Below are positions 1 to 14,291 of a stretch of DNA of 64,000 nucleotides, one piece after another. The stretch spans positions 117,800,001 through 117,864,000 of the forward strand of contig OZ024740.1 of the NCBI GenBank assembly GCA_964016885.1. Reading direction: 5' to 3'. The notes under the pieces are model-generated. The model saw only the letters and a program-made list of their open reading frames with translations, did no database searches and was not told the origin of the DNA. Each line of letters starts with the position of its first letter. The first letter of the stretch is position 1. The position numbers and the translations under genes are program-made. This stretch comes from Eledone cirrhosa (lineage: Eukaryota).

Positions 1-169
1 TGAACAAGGCTTCAAAATACTCGAACTTCTCTATTTAGATACGTAGCCGAAATAGACCAAGACAAAACAAAACGCCGGTTGAAGTTTTCTTCTCTAACGG
101 GTCTATGTGTTTGCAAAACGCATGCGCGATGTTGATGCAGTAACTATTCTGTCTCGTGCATTTCTGACC

Positions 170-1093
170 TATTTTTTATCCCTTTTTTTTATTCGGCTGA
201 TGAAAATGGCCTCTTTAATCCTTAAATTGCCTATATTTCCTTCAGTCACCTTAATGGTGGCTTCAATGTCTTTGCAGTGGGATCTGTCGAGATGTTCTTT
301 AACAGAACAGGCTCTCATTGTTACGTGTTCCTTGATTCGTATCTGTAGCCTCTTTATAATAGTTCCGATGTATTAGGAGCTACATCGTTTTGCGCGTAAT
401 CTTATCGACTACAAATGCTCTCATTGACACTTCTGCGTTGTTGACGGGGCAATTAGGAAGTGTGAATATATCGCTGTATGTGTGTTTTGTCTTGGACGGT
501 TTCAGTTTCGCATCTGAAAAGAGGGTAATATCCATGAAATTTCATGATAAAATACATTGGGTAAAACATTAGTTTGTTTTGTTTTGTTTCATTTTTCATC
601 ATTTGCCCTTTGTATTTTCTAATGCATAGTACCGGGTTTTTAAAAGCAATATCAGAGCAATATCAGAGATCAGCGGCTTGATGTGAGTTACTCAGGCCAG
701 CTCTACTTACGCCAATATTCTTCCTTTCTCGCAGTGACTTGGGGTCGAACGGATGCACTCCATTTTCTCTTTCTCTCTAGCCTGTTCCAGCACAAAAATT
801 ACACGAACGAAGATATTTCTTTCTCCGTTACGAGCCTCCTGTTCTCCGCGGTAATCTCTTTAATTCGTCGAAACCGCAGGAAGTTGAGATCTGAAGAGCA
901 TATTTTAATGTTTGTGACCTGTTCGTTTTCATCCATTCTTTTCCCTCCTTCCTATCTTCTCTTAATTCCTTTGAGCTAACTCACATCGAGCCGCTGATCT
1001 CTGTCCTTCGAGGTAATATTTTACCCAACGCCGTTTCGATGGTATTTTGCTGTTCTAACAGCTTTCATACGACGAGTTTTCCCATTTCCCTGA

Positions 1094-1095
<2 letters not shown>
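170..1095 (-). mobile_element. Degenerate Penelope-like element remnant (GIY-YIG endonuclease C-terminus plus inverted repeat)
   Basis: Manual minus-strand translation of ~420-180 gives FVVDKITRK / RCSS*YIGTIIKRLQIRIKEHV...KEHL...LRIKEAIFI, the GIY-YIG pattern VY.I.C..C...YIG.T.R.L..R..EH...L.IKEA..I, with a stop and a frameshift. A ~30-bp inverted repeat lies at 664-693 / 973-1003. Confidence 0.7.
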
Positions 1096-1136
<41 letters not shown>

Positions 1137-1160
1137 TGTGTGTGTGTGTGTGTGTGTGTG
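1096..1160. repeat. (TA)n/(TG)n compound microsatellite
   Basis: Read directly from the sequence. Confidence 0.95.
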
Positions 1161-3884
1161 TTAACATTCATTAGAACCCAATCTGTCTTATTAAAATTCA
1201 TGCCACTGATGTATTTGAGTTCCTTTTCAGTTTTCTTATGCAAATTACCCTTAGCTGCGAAAGCTCTCAAAACATTTTTTTATGTCATAATGTTTACATT
1301 TGTTAAGAGGCTGGAAGGACAATGTCATACCAAAACGTCTATTGAGGCAGGAACACACATCCAGAGCTGTCCCTTTACTAAAAACCAGGTTGTCCTTTTG
1401 TTCCAGCATGTTGATTCATTACTACATTCTTGAAATCATTTCTCCGTATCATTCAGAAACGCTAACATTCACCGTTAGGATTTTGTTTACTCTCTCTCTA
1501 TTCGAGAAGAAAATTTTAATAAATTAAGAATTTATCTCCCGTGTTCTATGTCCAGTACGCCTATTGACTTTGTTATCCAAATTCATGCCATATATTTGTA
1601 TATAAACAACAACCATTGATTGCATAAAGGGCTCAATATATGTGTATAGACTGATATTTATTATTTTATTGGCTGTTTGAACAAGGCATGGCTTTACTGT
1701 CAACATACCTGCATGAACGAATATGTGCTATAGTATGTGCCTGTGCGTTGTATATTGATTTCTTTGCCACAAAATTTACCGATTGAAATTTTAGTCCTCA
1801 TATCCTTAGTATGGAAGCTTCTAGCTGTTGCTGTTAAGTGTGATGGTCGTAGCGGTGATACTAACTGTTGAGTTTGCATTAGTCGTAATAGTGTTGATGG
1901 TGATGTTGCATTGTTGACTTAATTTAAACAGAGTTTCTGTTTAGTTATTGCTTTCGGATAAAAGTCATAATGATAACTGTAGGATTGTAAATTGTCCCTA
2001 GGATATATTATATTACTAAGGTAGCCATAATACCATTTCGGTATTAAATTACTCTTAAACCTATATTTGAAATCGTATTAAATACGCAAATAAGTGATTT
2101 CTTTATTTTTATCTTCTCTCCCATTTCTTCCTTTTCTACTTCCCTCTTTATCTCTTCCAGTAATTCTTTCTTGTATTTTAATAAATTTCGCACATAAGTT
2201 CTGTGGAAGGAACTAACTTTGGTCTAAAACAAGAACAGCATTATATACTAGAAAAAACTTTGAAAGAACTGTTCAAGCAGAAACATTAGAAAGGAGGACA
2301 AAAACACAACATTTATTTAGATTGACAATAACAAAGAAATAAATATTCAACGAAAGTATTAGAATGAGTTATTGTTTAGCTCCCCGTCAACCTTGATTGA
2401 GCAAACCTATAATAAAATTCACTACAATCATCATCAACCCATAGTTTTTGAGTTATCTGTGTCAATATTTACCAACTTAAATTTTCTTTTTTTCCTTGAA
2501 GACGGTGGAATTACAGGCATATTTTGCTGGTAGTTTTGGCAGGCAGAACGTCATGTAGAGGCTTCTTGTTTGTTTCGAATAGAATAGAAATACGACTGTT
2601 AAATCAATGTCAACATTGTGGTTTTGAAAATTGCGATATTTAGATTGTAATGACATTCATTTTAACGTAGACAAAAGTAGATAACTTTACTTAAATATAC
2701 TAATAAACTTCAACCTTATTTGTTAATGTGAAATGTTATATTTTTCTTTTCCCGATAATGTGAATTTAATTTGTTAGTCATAATTTTAATTCAGTGAAAC
2801 CATCTTGAAATATTCTGTGCGATAGTTGTTGCTGTTTAGGGCTCCGGCGAAATCTGATCTATCACAGGTAGGTTGAAAAGAATTCCAGCCAAGACCATTT
2901 CACCTTACTTCTATATGTAAGGAATCCTGGATCACACTATTGAATATGTCATTTATTTAAGATGCTGGGTTATGATCTGAGAAGCGATCATGTAGAAGCT
3001 CCCGTAAACAGCTGAGCAACGGATTAAATGTGATATAAAAATATAGAAAAGTAAGGTGTAGATTAAGGGTAAATTTTCAGTAGGCAGTCTGTAAGTCCCT
3101 AGTTTATTTATTATAATAAAAAGAACTATATGTTAAGAGGATAAATCAATATTCAATTAATTGATAGTAAAGAAGTAAAAGAGGTAGTGAAAAGCATTTA
3201 ACTGCTAGTTGAAGCTATTGAGAGGTGGTATTAGAAATTTACATCACATATGAAGTATGATATAAACAGTAGATTATAGGGTAAGGTGCAAACAACTTAT
3301 ATTTGAAATATCAGATATAATATAATAAAATAGAATTTAAATAGAATAGAATATAATAAAGTAAAATAAAAATACAATAAGATATAATGTAGGTTATAAT
3401 GTGTGGCGTTCAATATCAATACATGTTAAACACTAAACTATAAAGGTAAAAACTGAGTAGAAGATAAGAAATTCAAATGGACTCAGAGAGAATCATGCGG
3501 TTGCTTCTATAATCTCATTTGTATGTATGGTCGTGTCCAAGCTTTGAAGTAGACTCAGTTTCGGCAAGTCGCCTTCAGTTAGGCTGGTAATTCCTCCGAT
3601 ATTGGTGTCAAGTTCACTATTACGCCACAAAGCGCTCGACTGCAACAGGAGCTGTATTCCATTTATGTGGTGTGGTTCACCAAAGGGTAGAATTGGTCGT
3701 TCCGATCATTCTTCTTATGTTTGCCATCAATAATTTTATTGATCACTAATTATGCAATCTGAACCTGACGTTGTCACCAGGGTCTTGTGTGATCGGATGA
3801 TGTAACTTGGCCATCGAAGTATGTATATTGTTTTTGGAAACATTGAAATTTTAAAAGGGTATTCCCAGTCCGGCACTCTGTTCA

Positions 3885-4055
<171 letters not shown>

Positions 4056-4554
4056 GACTGGTCGGTCAAGGTGATCAAGGTATATAGTAATAATAATAAA
4101 TGTGAAGACTAAAATCCAAAGAGGGCTCGATAAGGATAAATATATATTAAATATATAAGAACCCTAGAGCAAATATTTATTAAGATAACAGATTAAAGTT
4201 TAAGCAAAGAATCGCTGCTTTCACCCTTAACGGGATCTTCTGAAACTAAAAAAAATCAATCTGTGAACGCAGAAGTAAATATTTCGAAAAACGTCGCAAC
4301 CGAAGGAAAACAGGAAGACGATAGTTTGATTCGTGAAGGCATTCCCTGGCAATTAACGAAAAAAAGCGAACATAATACGTCGTTAACGAACACGCAATGA
4401 TCACTGTATGAATGAATACTCTAATCATATATTTGCTTAAAAGAGCTGGAGTGGAGCTAAACAATTATACCAATTATAATGTTTTGCATATTTTCTGAGT
4501 TGAAAATTCATTAGTGTACTAGTAATAGTAACATGTAGAATAAAGACAATCAAA

Positions 4555-7020
4555 CATGGTCGGATGGTTAAGTAGTTCGTTTCACTATGATGTGGTACAT
4601 GGTTTAGGGCTATGTGGTACCTGGTTTAGCACCATACGTGGTGCAGAGTGTTGGACCGACCATCGCCTTGTCAGGACCGTCCTGTCACTGCACATCACCC
4701 CGACGCATCGCAAGACTCCGAAAGTCTGTAGGCCAGCTTTCGACGTCGCACGACTCAAGCTGCCAGAGCATCGTGATGCGTTCGCGGAAGACCTGGACAG
4801 CCAGCTGACTGCCCATGGACCACTGACCGGACCCCCAACTCAACATTGGGACCAGTTCAGGTCGCTAGTGACAGAGTCAGCCAAGGCAACCATCGGGCCG
4901 AGGAAGAGTGTCCACCAGGACTGGTTTGATGAAAACGATGAGCGCATCAGATAATTCCTGGGCGAGAAGAGGAGGGCTTCATTGAGTGGCAGAATGACAG
5001 CTCCTCCACCTCGAAGCGCGACCGCTTCAAGCACTTCCAGAGGCAGACCCAAGCAGCGCTACGCAGAATACAGGACGTGTGGCGGGAAAAGAAGGCCGAA
5101 GAAGTCGAAAGATACGCTGACACAAAGAACTCCAAGATGTTCTTCAGCGCCCCACGTTGGATGAAGTCACGAAGGCAATCAAGCAGACAAGCCCAGGAAA
5201 GGCCCCTGGGAAAGACGGGATTCCTGCCGAGATCTTCAAGTCAGCCGGTCCAGCTGCCCTGGGGGCCTTCCACACCCCCCTCGTCATCATATGAGAGGAA
5301 GAAGAGGTGCCCAAAGACTTCAGGGATGCCACAGTTGTCTCGCGTTTTAAGAACAAAGGCAGCAAAACTGACTGTGGCAACTATCAGGCATTTCTCTCCT
5401 GTCCATCGTTGGGAAGGTCCTGGCTCGAGTCATGCTCAACCGCCTCATCGCCATCATCTCGGAGGACAACCTGCCTGAGGCCCAGTGTGGGTTCCGCCCA
5501 AACCGCAGCTCGATCGAGATGATCTTCTCTGTACGCCAGGTGCAGGAGAAGGACCTCTTTGCCGTCTTCATAGACTTGACGAAGGCCTTCGACACTATCA
5601 ACAGGGAGGGCCTCTGATCGACCCTGTCGAAGTTTGGATGCCCGACCAAGTTCGTGAACCTGATACGGCAATTCCATGACGACATGACCGGGCAGGTGCG
5701 CTCGGGCGGAGAGGTAGCGGAGCCGTTCGGAATCCCAACGGCGTCAAGAAAGGATGCGTGCTCGCTTCCGTCCTCTTTAACCTGTTCTTTACCTGCGTGC
5801 TCAATCATGCCGCCAGGGACCTCGAGTACGGAGTGTATCTACGATACAGACTGGAAGGCTCCCTGTTTGACCTGCGGCACCTGACGGCCAAGACAAGGAC
5901 CGTGCAGAGGATCGTCTTGGAGGCAGTTTTTGCTGACGACTGTGCCCTCATGGCCCTCAGGGAGTCTGACCTCCAAGTCATCGTCAACAACTTCGCGGAG
6001 GCCTCCTGCCTCTTCGGTCTTACATTTAGCCTTGGCAAGACTGAGGTCCTGTTCTAGCCTTCACCTGCCTCCATCGCCCACCCTCCTTCCATCTCGATTG
6101 GAGGCACCCAGCTAAAGACGGTGGACGACTTCAAGTACCTCGGCAGTGTCATCAGCAGCGATTGAAGCCTCGACAAGGAGATAATCGCCAGGATCTGCAA
6201 GGCCATTCAAGTCCTTGGCCGCCTGAGAACACGCGTCCTGAACCAGCACAACATCAGACAGTCCACCAAGCTCAAGGTGTACAGGGCCGTTGTTCTCACC
6301 AGCCTCCTCTACGGATGTGAGACATGGACCCTGTACAGAAGGCATCTGAAGCAGCTGGAATGGTTCCACATGCGCAGCCTGCAGTCAATTATCAACATCA
6401 AATGGCAGGACAAGGTCTCCAACCTCGAGGTTCTTGACATGGCTGAGACAACCAGTGTCGAAGCTATGATACTGAAAAGCCGACTTCGATGGGTGGGTCA
6501 TGTCATCCGGATGGACAATCACAGGCTTCCGAAGCAACTGATGTATGGGGAACTCTGTTCAGAGAAACGAAAGCAAGCCAGGCCTCTCAAGAGGTTCAAA
6601 GACTGCGTAAAGTCCAGCATCAACAACACTGGAATCGTCCCAAAACAACTCGAGTCCTATGCTCAGGACAGGACTGAGTGGCGAGCCCTTACCAGACGCG
6701 CCAAAAACTCTTTTGAAGAAAAGAGACGGACAGATGTCCCTGAGGCCCGTGAAAGGAGGAGAAAGGCATCAGCAGCTGCCTAAGTGACTCCGGTCTCTTT
6801 CCCTGCCGCCACTGTCCCCGGACCTGCAAGTCAAGGATCGGCTTCCACAGCAACCTTCGTGCCCACGGCAGACGAGAACTAAAATAAAGAAGATGTCATC
6901 ATCGTTTACGATCAACAACCAAGAAAGAAGGGGGTACCTGGTTTAATCCCATTGCATGTTATCTCGGACAAGTATCTTCCGCCACAGTCTTGTGAATGGA
7001 ATCACCTATATGAAACCTGT
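4555..7020 (+). mobile_element. tRNA-derived SINE split by the RTE insertion (5' part ~4555-4628, 3' part ~6933-7020)
   Basis: A-box-like TGGTCGGATGGTTAAG lies before the insertion. B-box-like GGTTTAATCCC followed by ...CTCGGACAAGTATCTTC lies after it. Confidence 0.55.
4629..6932 (+). mobile_element. 5'-truncated, frameshifted RTE-clade (BovB/RTE-1-like) LINE with 13-bp TSD
   Basis: Fragments include APE C-terminal CWTDHRLV; RT motifs KTDCGNY, LPEAQCGFRPNRS, FIDLTKAFDTINREGL and FADD; and RTE C-terminal LLYGCETWTLY...RLRWVGHVIRM...LPKQLMYGEL. AAG-type tail. TSD GGTACCTGGTTTA at 4616-4628 and 6933-6945. Confidence 0.93.
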
Positions 7021-10000
7021 TGTATATCCGACGGGGTGGACTCAACGTGAAATTGAAAGTTTCAGTCCTGTCCCACATGGCATTACGTACAATCTCCCTG
7101 AAAAATAAATGTCTCTTATTTTGTAGCTATTGTATAGTCCCATGTTAGTACCTATAGTATAGACCTATGAGACATAGGTAGTCGAACTAATAAGTTTAAT
7201 CTACAGATCTAAACAAACGTATATGCGATTCCTCCATTTGAACATGTAAAGTTGAACAGTTTCTTATGTAATGCGGCAGTCTAGTAATTTGTTCCTCGCA
7301 TCTTACTGTCCTTTCCTATATATTGATAGATTGCAGTAATTAGTACTTAAGCAATAACAAACTCTAGTTTAATTAGTTACGAAATTGCTCAATTCAATGT
7401 ACACGATGTTAGTCATTGACCAATAATTGTAAACATCGGTAGAACCGATTTTTGTGATACGGTTTCAATTCCCCGGAGGTGCAATTTTATTTAAACAATG
7501 ACATTAATGTCCTTGGAAAGGTAATTAACATTAAATAATATTATTCCCTTTAATTATAAAGTTATATCTTTCCGTCTGAGAAATAAATCGATTTGTTTTA
7601 ATTTGAACATTAGAAATGTGTGGAATGAAAGAAGATAAAATGAATTATGTCACGTTAGATGCAATTCTTCTTCAATGTTAGTTTAACTGAATCAACACGT
7701 TGAATTCCTATCTATTTCTACCTGCTGAGCTTCACGACCGTTCTCACGAATTTGGCAGCTAGCCGCTGTGTATCTGCTTGACGTTACCATAAATTATTTA
7801 AGAGAGAATAGCAGAAATTCAATTGCCTAATGCATCATGTATATTATCAGTTAGTTATCAAATGATATACCTAAGCTATTGAAACCATTTTGTCATGATT
7901 TTCTTTGACAGTACAATTGCCAATGATTCCGTGTCATGAATGGCCATTCTTGATTCAGTAATCGTAAGATACATTGAATGTTCTACACAATAAACGTGAG
8001 TGGCAGTCATTGCTTATCTCTCTGCGGTTGCATTAGGCATATATTAGAGGCGTATATCCTTTTTGGCAGTATGAATACGTAAAACTTTGTAGTGCTGCTG
8101 ATTACATACATCTGTAGCGACATCTGTACTAAGATGGCCTTTCGTCTTATGTATAGTATGTGATCCCTATTATTGCTATGGATCGAGTTCAATTACATGA
8201 AACTTTCTATAGTTCTATAGGTATATTTATTAAATGCTAATACGATAGCATTTGACAGCTTTTGTAGCTATAATGATAAGAATTTTTCTTTTTGTTTTAT
8301 TTGTGTTAAACTGAAAAACCAACCATTTCTGCCTTCTGTAATTTATAGAGATGGTATTGATGGGCTCCAATGATGACATTATCAAGCAAAGTATATTAAG
8401 AAAAAAGAAGAAGGAAAGAAACGATAATGAAGGAGTGGGTATAAAAAATAGAAAATAAGGAAGCAGATGGAAGAGAAAGAGAAAGGAACAAACACATATA
8501 TTGATATATTGGGAAGGCGATAGAATACATAAAAAGGTAAACTAGAAAAAATAGACAGAGAGAGAATACCTAAAAATAAATAAACACAAGAAAGCGAATT
8601 ATTAAAGAATGGCAGTTGTTGATGTTGTTCATGTTCTTGGAGTAAATGTGAAAGAAGAAAAGAAAGAAGACGACGCTAACGGAGGGGTAAAATGAGTGTT
8701 AGCTATGTTAGAAATAGGTGTTTCTGTTTTCTCATTCTCTACCTTGAAATATCCGTACTACCCGCTAACTTAAATGCAGCATGTATAATTTCCTTTCAAG
8801 CTGTGTAACACTCGCAAGCGTCTCCTATTAAGACTGTAATTATATTTCCCAGATATCAATAAAGCTTTCAAAGAAGCATTGATATAAATCATGTGGTTCA
8901 ATCGACAGTGTTTAGAAAAGAGCAGCATTGTGCTGAATGTCAGTAGTAATTTAATAGCTTGGCTAATAAAAAAAAAACACGAGACGTGTACTTCAGTTTT
9001 TACGAGTTAGATGTAGATTATCAAATAGTTGCTACACAAATATTTACATACTTTTATATATCATATTTGTAGTCATATTCACCGAAAATAAATTACCATC
9101 ATGTGTTATATTATATATATTTCTATATACATACACGTAGACATTGATCTGTACATAATTACACATGTCCCCCCCCCCCACTACGTACATATGTATATAT
9201 ATATATATTTATGTTCTTATAATTGGAGATGTCGGGTATACCTTTTTAATAAACATACAATTTTAGCCTTTTATATAATACAACTCATACACGGATACAC
9301 ACATACGCATATGTATGTGTCTGCGTGGATAACATTATATTCAATAAGTGGTAAGAGTGCTTTATATTATAACGATAATGGGTTACCATTAGTTTCTCGT
9401 GTAAATACATGCTTTAAAAGATGTTCAAAACACCATCGCAGACAACACGTTTCAGCAGATCCATTAGGTTTTTTTAATGTGACTGTTCGCGAGAAGTGGT
9501 AAGTGTCTTCGGGAGACGGAGAGAGTCACTACTGGGTCTGTCACACTATACTTGTTATCTAGTTTCCGTTTAAACGCAGAGGATGTGTTTAAGAGCGTGT
9601 ATAATGGGGATATTTAAAAAATCATATGAGTTGCAGATCATGAGGGAAATCTGTAGATCACTATACATCAGTTCAGTGGGGTCGCAAGTGGTCCGGAGGA
9701 TAAGTAAGCCAGAATAAAAGAAGGTAGGCTCTGAAATTATAGCAAAATGTTATCTTGGATAAAACGTGCACCTATTGGTTCAGTTAATCTAGGATTTATA
9801 TTTTTAAAGCACTCTCCATTTATTATTATATCTATATATTTTATGACTTATTCCACATAAGTATAATTTCTAAGGGCTAAAGTAGATAGGAAATGAAACT
9901 GGTGTATTATTCCTTATTGTCCATTATCTTTATAGTGTTAGTTACAATACGTAACAACTAAGAACTGAGATCGATAAAGTTGACGATACCTAAAACATTG

Positions 10001-10368
10001 TGATCTCATTTCGTTTTATTCTATATCACCATTGTGAACAATTGTGTCGTTGTTTACAGGTTCCTAACAAGCAAGTCTTAATGCAGAGCAAATGTCTCGA
10101 AAATATCAATATAAACAGTCACAAACGTAAACATATACAAGGAATGGATTCTGCGAAGTTTGAAATTTCCAAAACGCAAAATGTGTCAGGGAGGCGTCAC
10201 TACGACTACATCAAAGGTTAAGGGCCCTGTTTTTCCTTTCCATAGAGCCATACATTTATTAGTAAAATATATTTTGGAAACAAACTAATCTAAAGCAAAA
10301 GAATTCCAGAAACTATCGATGAAAATAAAAGGACATTTGAGCAAATGCTCTAAATCACTCAATATAAT

Positions 10369-10556
10369 TGTTTCTACTTTAGGCACAAGGCCAGCAATTA
10401 CCCAGTGCATTACTGGTAATTTATTTTATCGATCCCGTAAGGATGAAAGGCAAAGTCAACCTCGGCGGGATTTGAACTCAGATCGTAAAGGGACGTAACT
10501 ATGCTGGAAAGCATGGCATCCGACCCTCTACCGATACTGCCAATCCACATCGCCCT
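10369..10556 (-). mobile_element. tRNA-derived SINE with 14-bp TSD
   Basis: B-box-like GAGTTCAAATCCCGCCGAGG on the minus strand. 3' end ...GCTGGCCTTGTGCCTAAAGTAGAAACAA. TSD TCACTCAATATAAT at 10355-10368 and 10557-10570. Confidence 0.85.
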
Positions 10557-11005
10557 TCACTCAATATAATGTACATTGCTAAGGTGTTCTTAGTATTTAA
10601 CACTTTTCAGAATAAGATTCTCAGCCGATTTCTTACTGGGATTTGTTATCTTTGTTGTCATATTTACTTATTCTCTTCGTTTGTTGTAGCAGTTTAGCCC
10701 CAGACCAGATCTCAATGAGCAGACATATAACCAAAAGAATTCAAGCTGTGGCAACCTAGTGAGTTCTTGTACGCATAGAATATCGACATCTACATTATCA
10801 TAAGCCTTCTACTTCTCACGAAATGTTTCTATTTTTTCCATTTCTCACTCTGTATCTTTCTATGTCTTTTATTTTTCATTCTATCCTCTGATGAATGACT
10901 AGTGTCTGAAACATAAAAAAACACTTTCCCTACTATACCAGGCGTTAAAATAATGTATTTGTTCTTTGTATTGAATTGTCTGCTTTGTTGTCTAAGTTTA
11001 CTTTC

Positions 11006-11007
<2 letters not shown>

Positions 11008-11091
<84 letters not shown>
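11008..11091. repeat. (CA)n microsatellite
   Basis: Read directly. Confidence 0.97.
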
Positions 11092-11095
<4 letters not shown>

Positions 11096-11189
11096 AGTAT
11101 GTATGTGTATATATACATGCACGTACTCACTCACACATGCATACACACATACATGCAAACGCACACAGGCACCGCTACACATATATAAT

Positions 11190-11545
11190 ATCTTCTTCTT
11201 GAGTCATCCCTCAATCGAAAATGAAGCAAGTCCAAATTTCTTGTTCCAGACTTCCCAATTTCTCATCGCAAGAAGAAGATACTATCCAGTGAAGCCATTG
11301 TCTCTCGCCAGCAGAGTCCTGATGGTTATGTTTGGATGTCCTATTCAGCGGTGTGCATCTGGTGATCAGAGAAGCCGTTTCTCAGCAGGTCAATCATGGC
11401 GGGGAACATGACCAGCATCAGCCATGCGATGGCATCGAACTTTGAGGAAATTCGTGGCAGATCAGCGAAAAGACCTTTGCTCGTAGTCGGATTTTGCCGC
11501 GAAATGTTTAACACAGCAAGTAACATCTTGGTGTAATGACAATAC
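11190..11545 (-). mobile_element. 3' fragment of an old RTE-type LINE
   Basis: Translation YTKMLLAVLNISRQNPTTSKGLFADLPRISSK resembles the RTE C-terminal YTRMLR.VLNISW...TN..LY.DLP.IS motif; (AAG)n tail at ~11190-11199. Confidence 0.65.
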
Positions 11546-11870
11546 AAAAAGGAAGTTGAATACATATAACACATACACGCATGCACGTACACACACTGCT
11601 AGCGGAGCAGTCATGTTTACACTTGTGATCCAGCTCAAACTTCGATCACGTGACCACAATAATATCAACTATAAGCACACACGAGCGGGCGGCAGTGTTA
11701 CCAACCGAAAGATATGTTATGCAAAAATGCAGATAATCTTTGACTTACGCTTGTACAAGTTCACAAACCTGTTCGATATTTTTCTCAACCATTTTCATTC
11801 CTTTCCGCCGTGCGTTTGTATATATATATATATATAACCCATCCTAGCGTGGAAGAACGGAGTAAAACGG

Positions 11871-11907
<37 letters not shown>

Positions 11908-12169
11908 ATATATATATACATACATGTGTGTGTGAATATATATATATATATATATCTTTATGGGTTTTTTATTTGGGTATCTGTGTATTTGACGATAGAA
12001 AGCAAGACTGCGTGATGTTGTCAGGATTTACTCACCTAGCTCTTTCATCTCCTACTAAATTGGGAGCGGGAAAGCCACTAGTAAATTCATAATGTTTAGA
12101 AATGCCCACAAAACATTTTCCCGGTGGCTTCCTTATCAGCAAGCCTTGCTTTCCATCTCTTGCACGCAA

Positions 12170-12346
<177 letters not shown>

Positions 12347-13319
12347 TACACGCATACATATACATTCATGCTTATCAATTCACACACGGCATACGCATGA
12401 TCATGCATGCTATAGTAAATAAATTACCACTCACTCTTGACAACAGTTTGTCCATTCACAAAGATTGGTTTTACATGCGTAAATCCCACGTCGTCCTTTT
12501 AAGTCTTTTAACCTTAAGTATGGCTTTTCCGGTGTTTTTAAGAGCACCTTCAGTTGAGGTTCCGTCTTTCTAAAATCCACTTATTATGAACGGGTTAATA
12601 CGCTCAGAGCAATAACAATATATATCACAAAAATATATTTCAAGGAAAATTAATGCTTGCTTATATATATATAACAATTAATTCGAAACATATCTCATTT
12701 CGATTTAGCCGCCAGCACAGTTCCTAAGCGAACATGTCGTTCTTTCACCCTTGATGCCACTACTTGCTGCCAGAGCCTTAGCCATAGTAGTAGTAATTTA
12801 CCAACGCACAAAATGGCAGGCTAACTTGCATCTCTCAATATTTTAAATACATCCAATGACGAAGCATTGCAGAGATTGGTATGCATAGGTGCAGTTTTGC
12901 TGCCACTGTAATTGGCAAATTGCGAATTACATCTGTCAGTGGAGTTTGCTTATTCAGAAAACCATGGCTCCGGGGCAATAACAAGTGAAACCGCTCCATT
13001 ACAAATATACATTTTGTTAGCACTCTGAGAGTAGTTAAGTCGCTTATACGTTCTAACTATATCTTACTGAGTGAGTAATCGAGATTATAGAAAATATATT
13101 ACCTCTAGCCTCGATAACTAAACTATTTTTCACACTTCACAGAACAGCCGTGAGTAAATAGTAATTTCATTATTCTATTGTCTCAGCATTCCTTTGCAAT
13201 TCTGTTTTTTTTTATTTTCAAATGCTTGAGATCTATAACAGCAATTAATTCGAAACACATCTCATTTCGATTTTGCCGGCAGCACAGTCCCCAGGCAAAC
13301 AACAGCCTCGATAACTAGA

Positions 13320-13367
<48 letters not shown>

Positions 13368-13484
13368 GAAGTAAATGAAGTAATTCCGTCGGAAACGTAC
13401 AGGAAAAGAAGAGTTCAAGAAACCACTGGTAAATGAAATAATTATCTTATGTTGTTTATTACATAACTATATATATATATATAT

Positions 13485-14272
13485 TTCGTTTCTGAATTTG
13501 TTTAGTAAGATTCTTTATCTGAAAACGTGTGTTGAAACCGATATTGTTATGCTTTGGGAGGGTCATGTTGCCAATAAAAAACACACGCATCAGTTGCTTT
13601 CGCTCAAATTTATTATAAATTAAATTTATAAATTTAAGAATTTATAAATTTCTGGTTGGTTGGTTGGTTCCACAACCAGACGATTGTTCATATATTGTCA
13701 AAGTTCTTTCGTCACACATTCTGTGACCTCTTCAGTGACTGGACATTCTTTTCTTTGTTTTTGTGCCTCTCCTTTGTTCTGTCCTACGTCATCTTGTTTT
13801 TGTCTGTGTTGTGTGCTTAGTTTGCGCATGTGTTACATCCGGGTGTCTCTGTGTGTTTATATTTGTTTATTTATTTGTTTATTTACATGTTACTGGTTGG
13901 TTGTTTGTTCTATGTGTGTGTGTGTTTTCATTTTGTCCTTAATTGTAAGTTGTGATGTTGCTATTCCATTGATGCTTTCTATTTAATTTTGGTTGGAGTT
14001 CATTTATGTTTATTGCCTCTGTGATTTGTCTAAACATTGCGTCTTTTCTGTGTGTAGATTCTATTTTTATTTCTATGTTCTCTAATTTACCCTTATGTTT
14101 TATTTTAGCGTGTTGGTGGAGTACAGATGATTCTTTACTATCTTGAAGCTCTCGCCAGTGTTCATTTATAAATTCTTATATTTATAAATTTAATTTATAA
14201 TAAATTGGAGTGAAAGCAACTGGTGCGTGTGTTTCTTATTGGTAACATGACCCTCTCAAAGCATAACAATAT
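13485..14272 (-). mobile_element. Truncated Penelope-like element with ~110-bp inverted terminal segment, between (TA)n tracts
   Basis: Open minus frame 14163-13939 reads EHWRELQDSKESSVLHQHAKIKH...IEIKIE...RQITEAININELQPKLN (GIY-YIG C-terminus). Inverted arms at 13541-13649 / 14164-14272. Hammerhead motif at 13697-13739. Confidence 0.8.
13697..13739 (-). ncRNA. Minimal type I hammerhead ribozyme motif (Penelope-type)
   Basis: Minus strand reads GTCA-CTGAAGA-GGTCAC agaatgt GTGAC-GAAA-G AA C-TT-TGAC: stem I GTCA/TGAC, core CUGAAGA, stem II GTCAC/GTGAC, GAAA, a very short stem III and an NUH triplet. Confidence 0.65.
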
Positions 14273-14291
14273 ATATATATATGTATAAATG

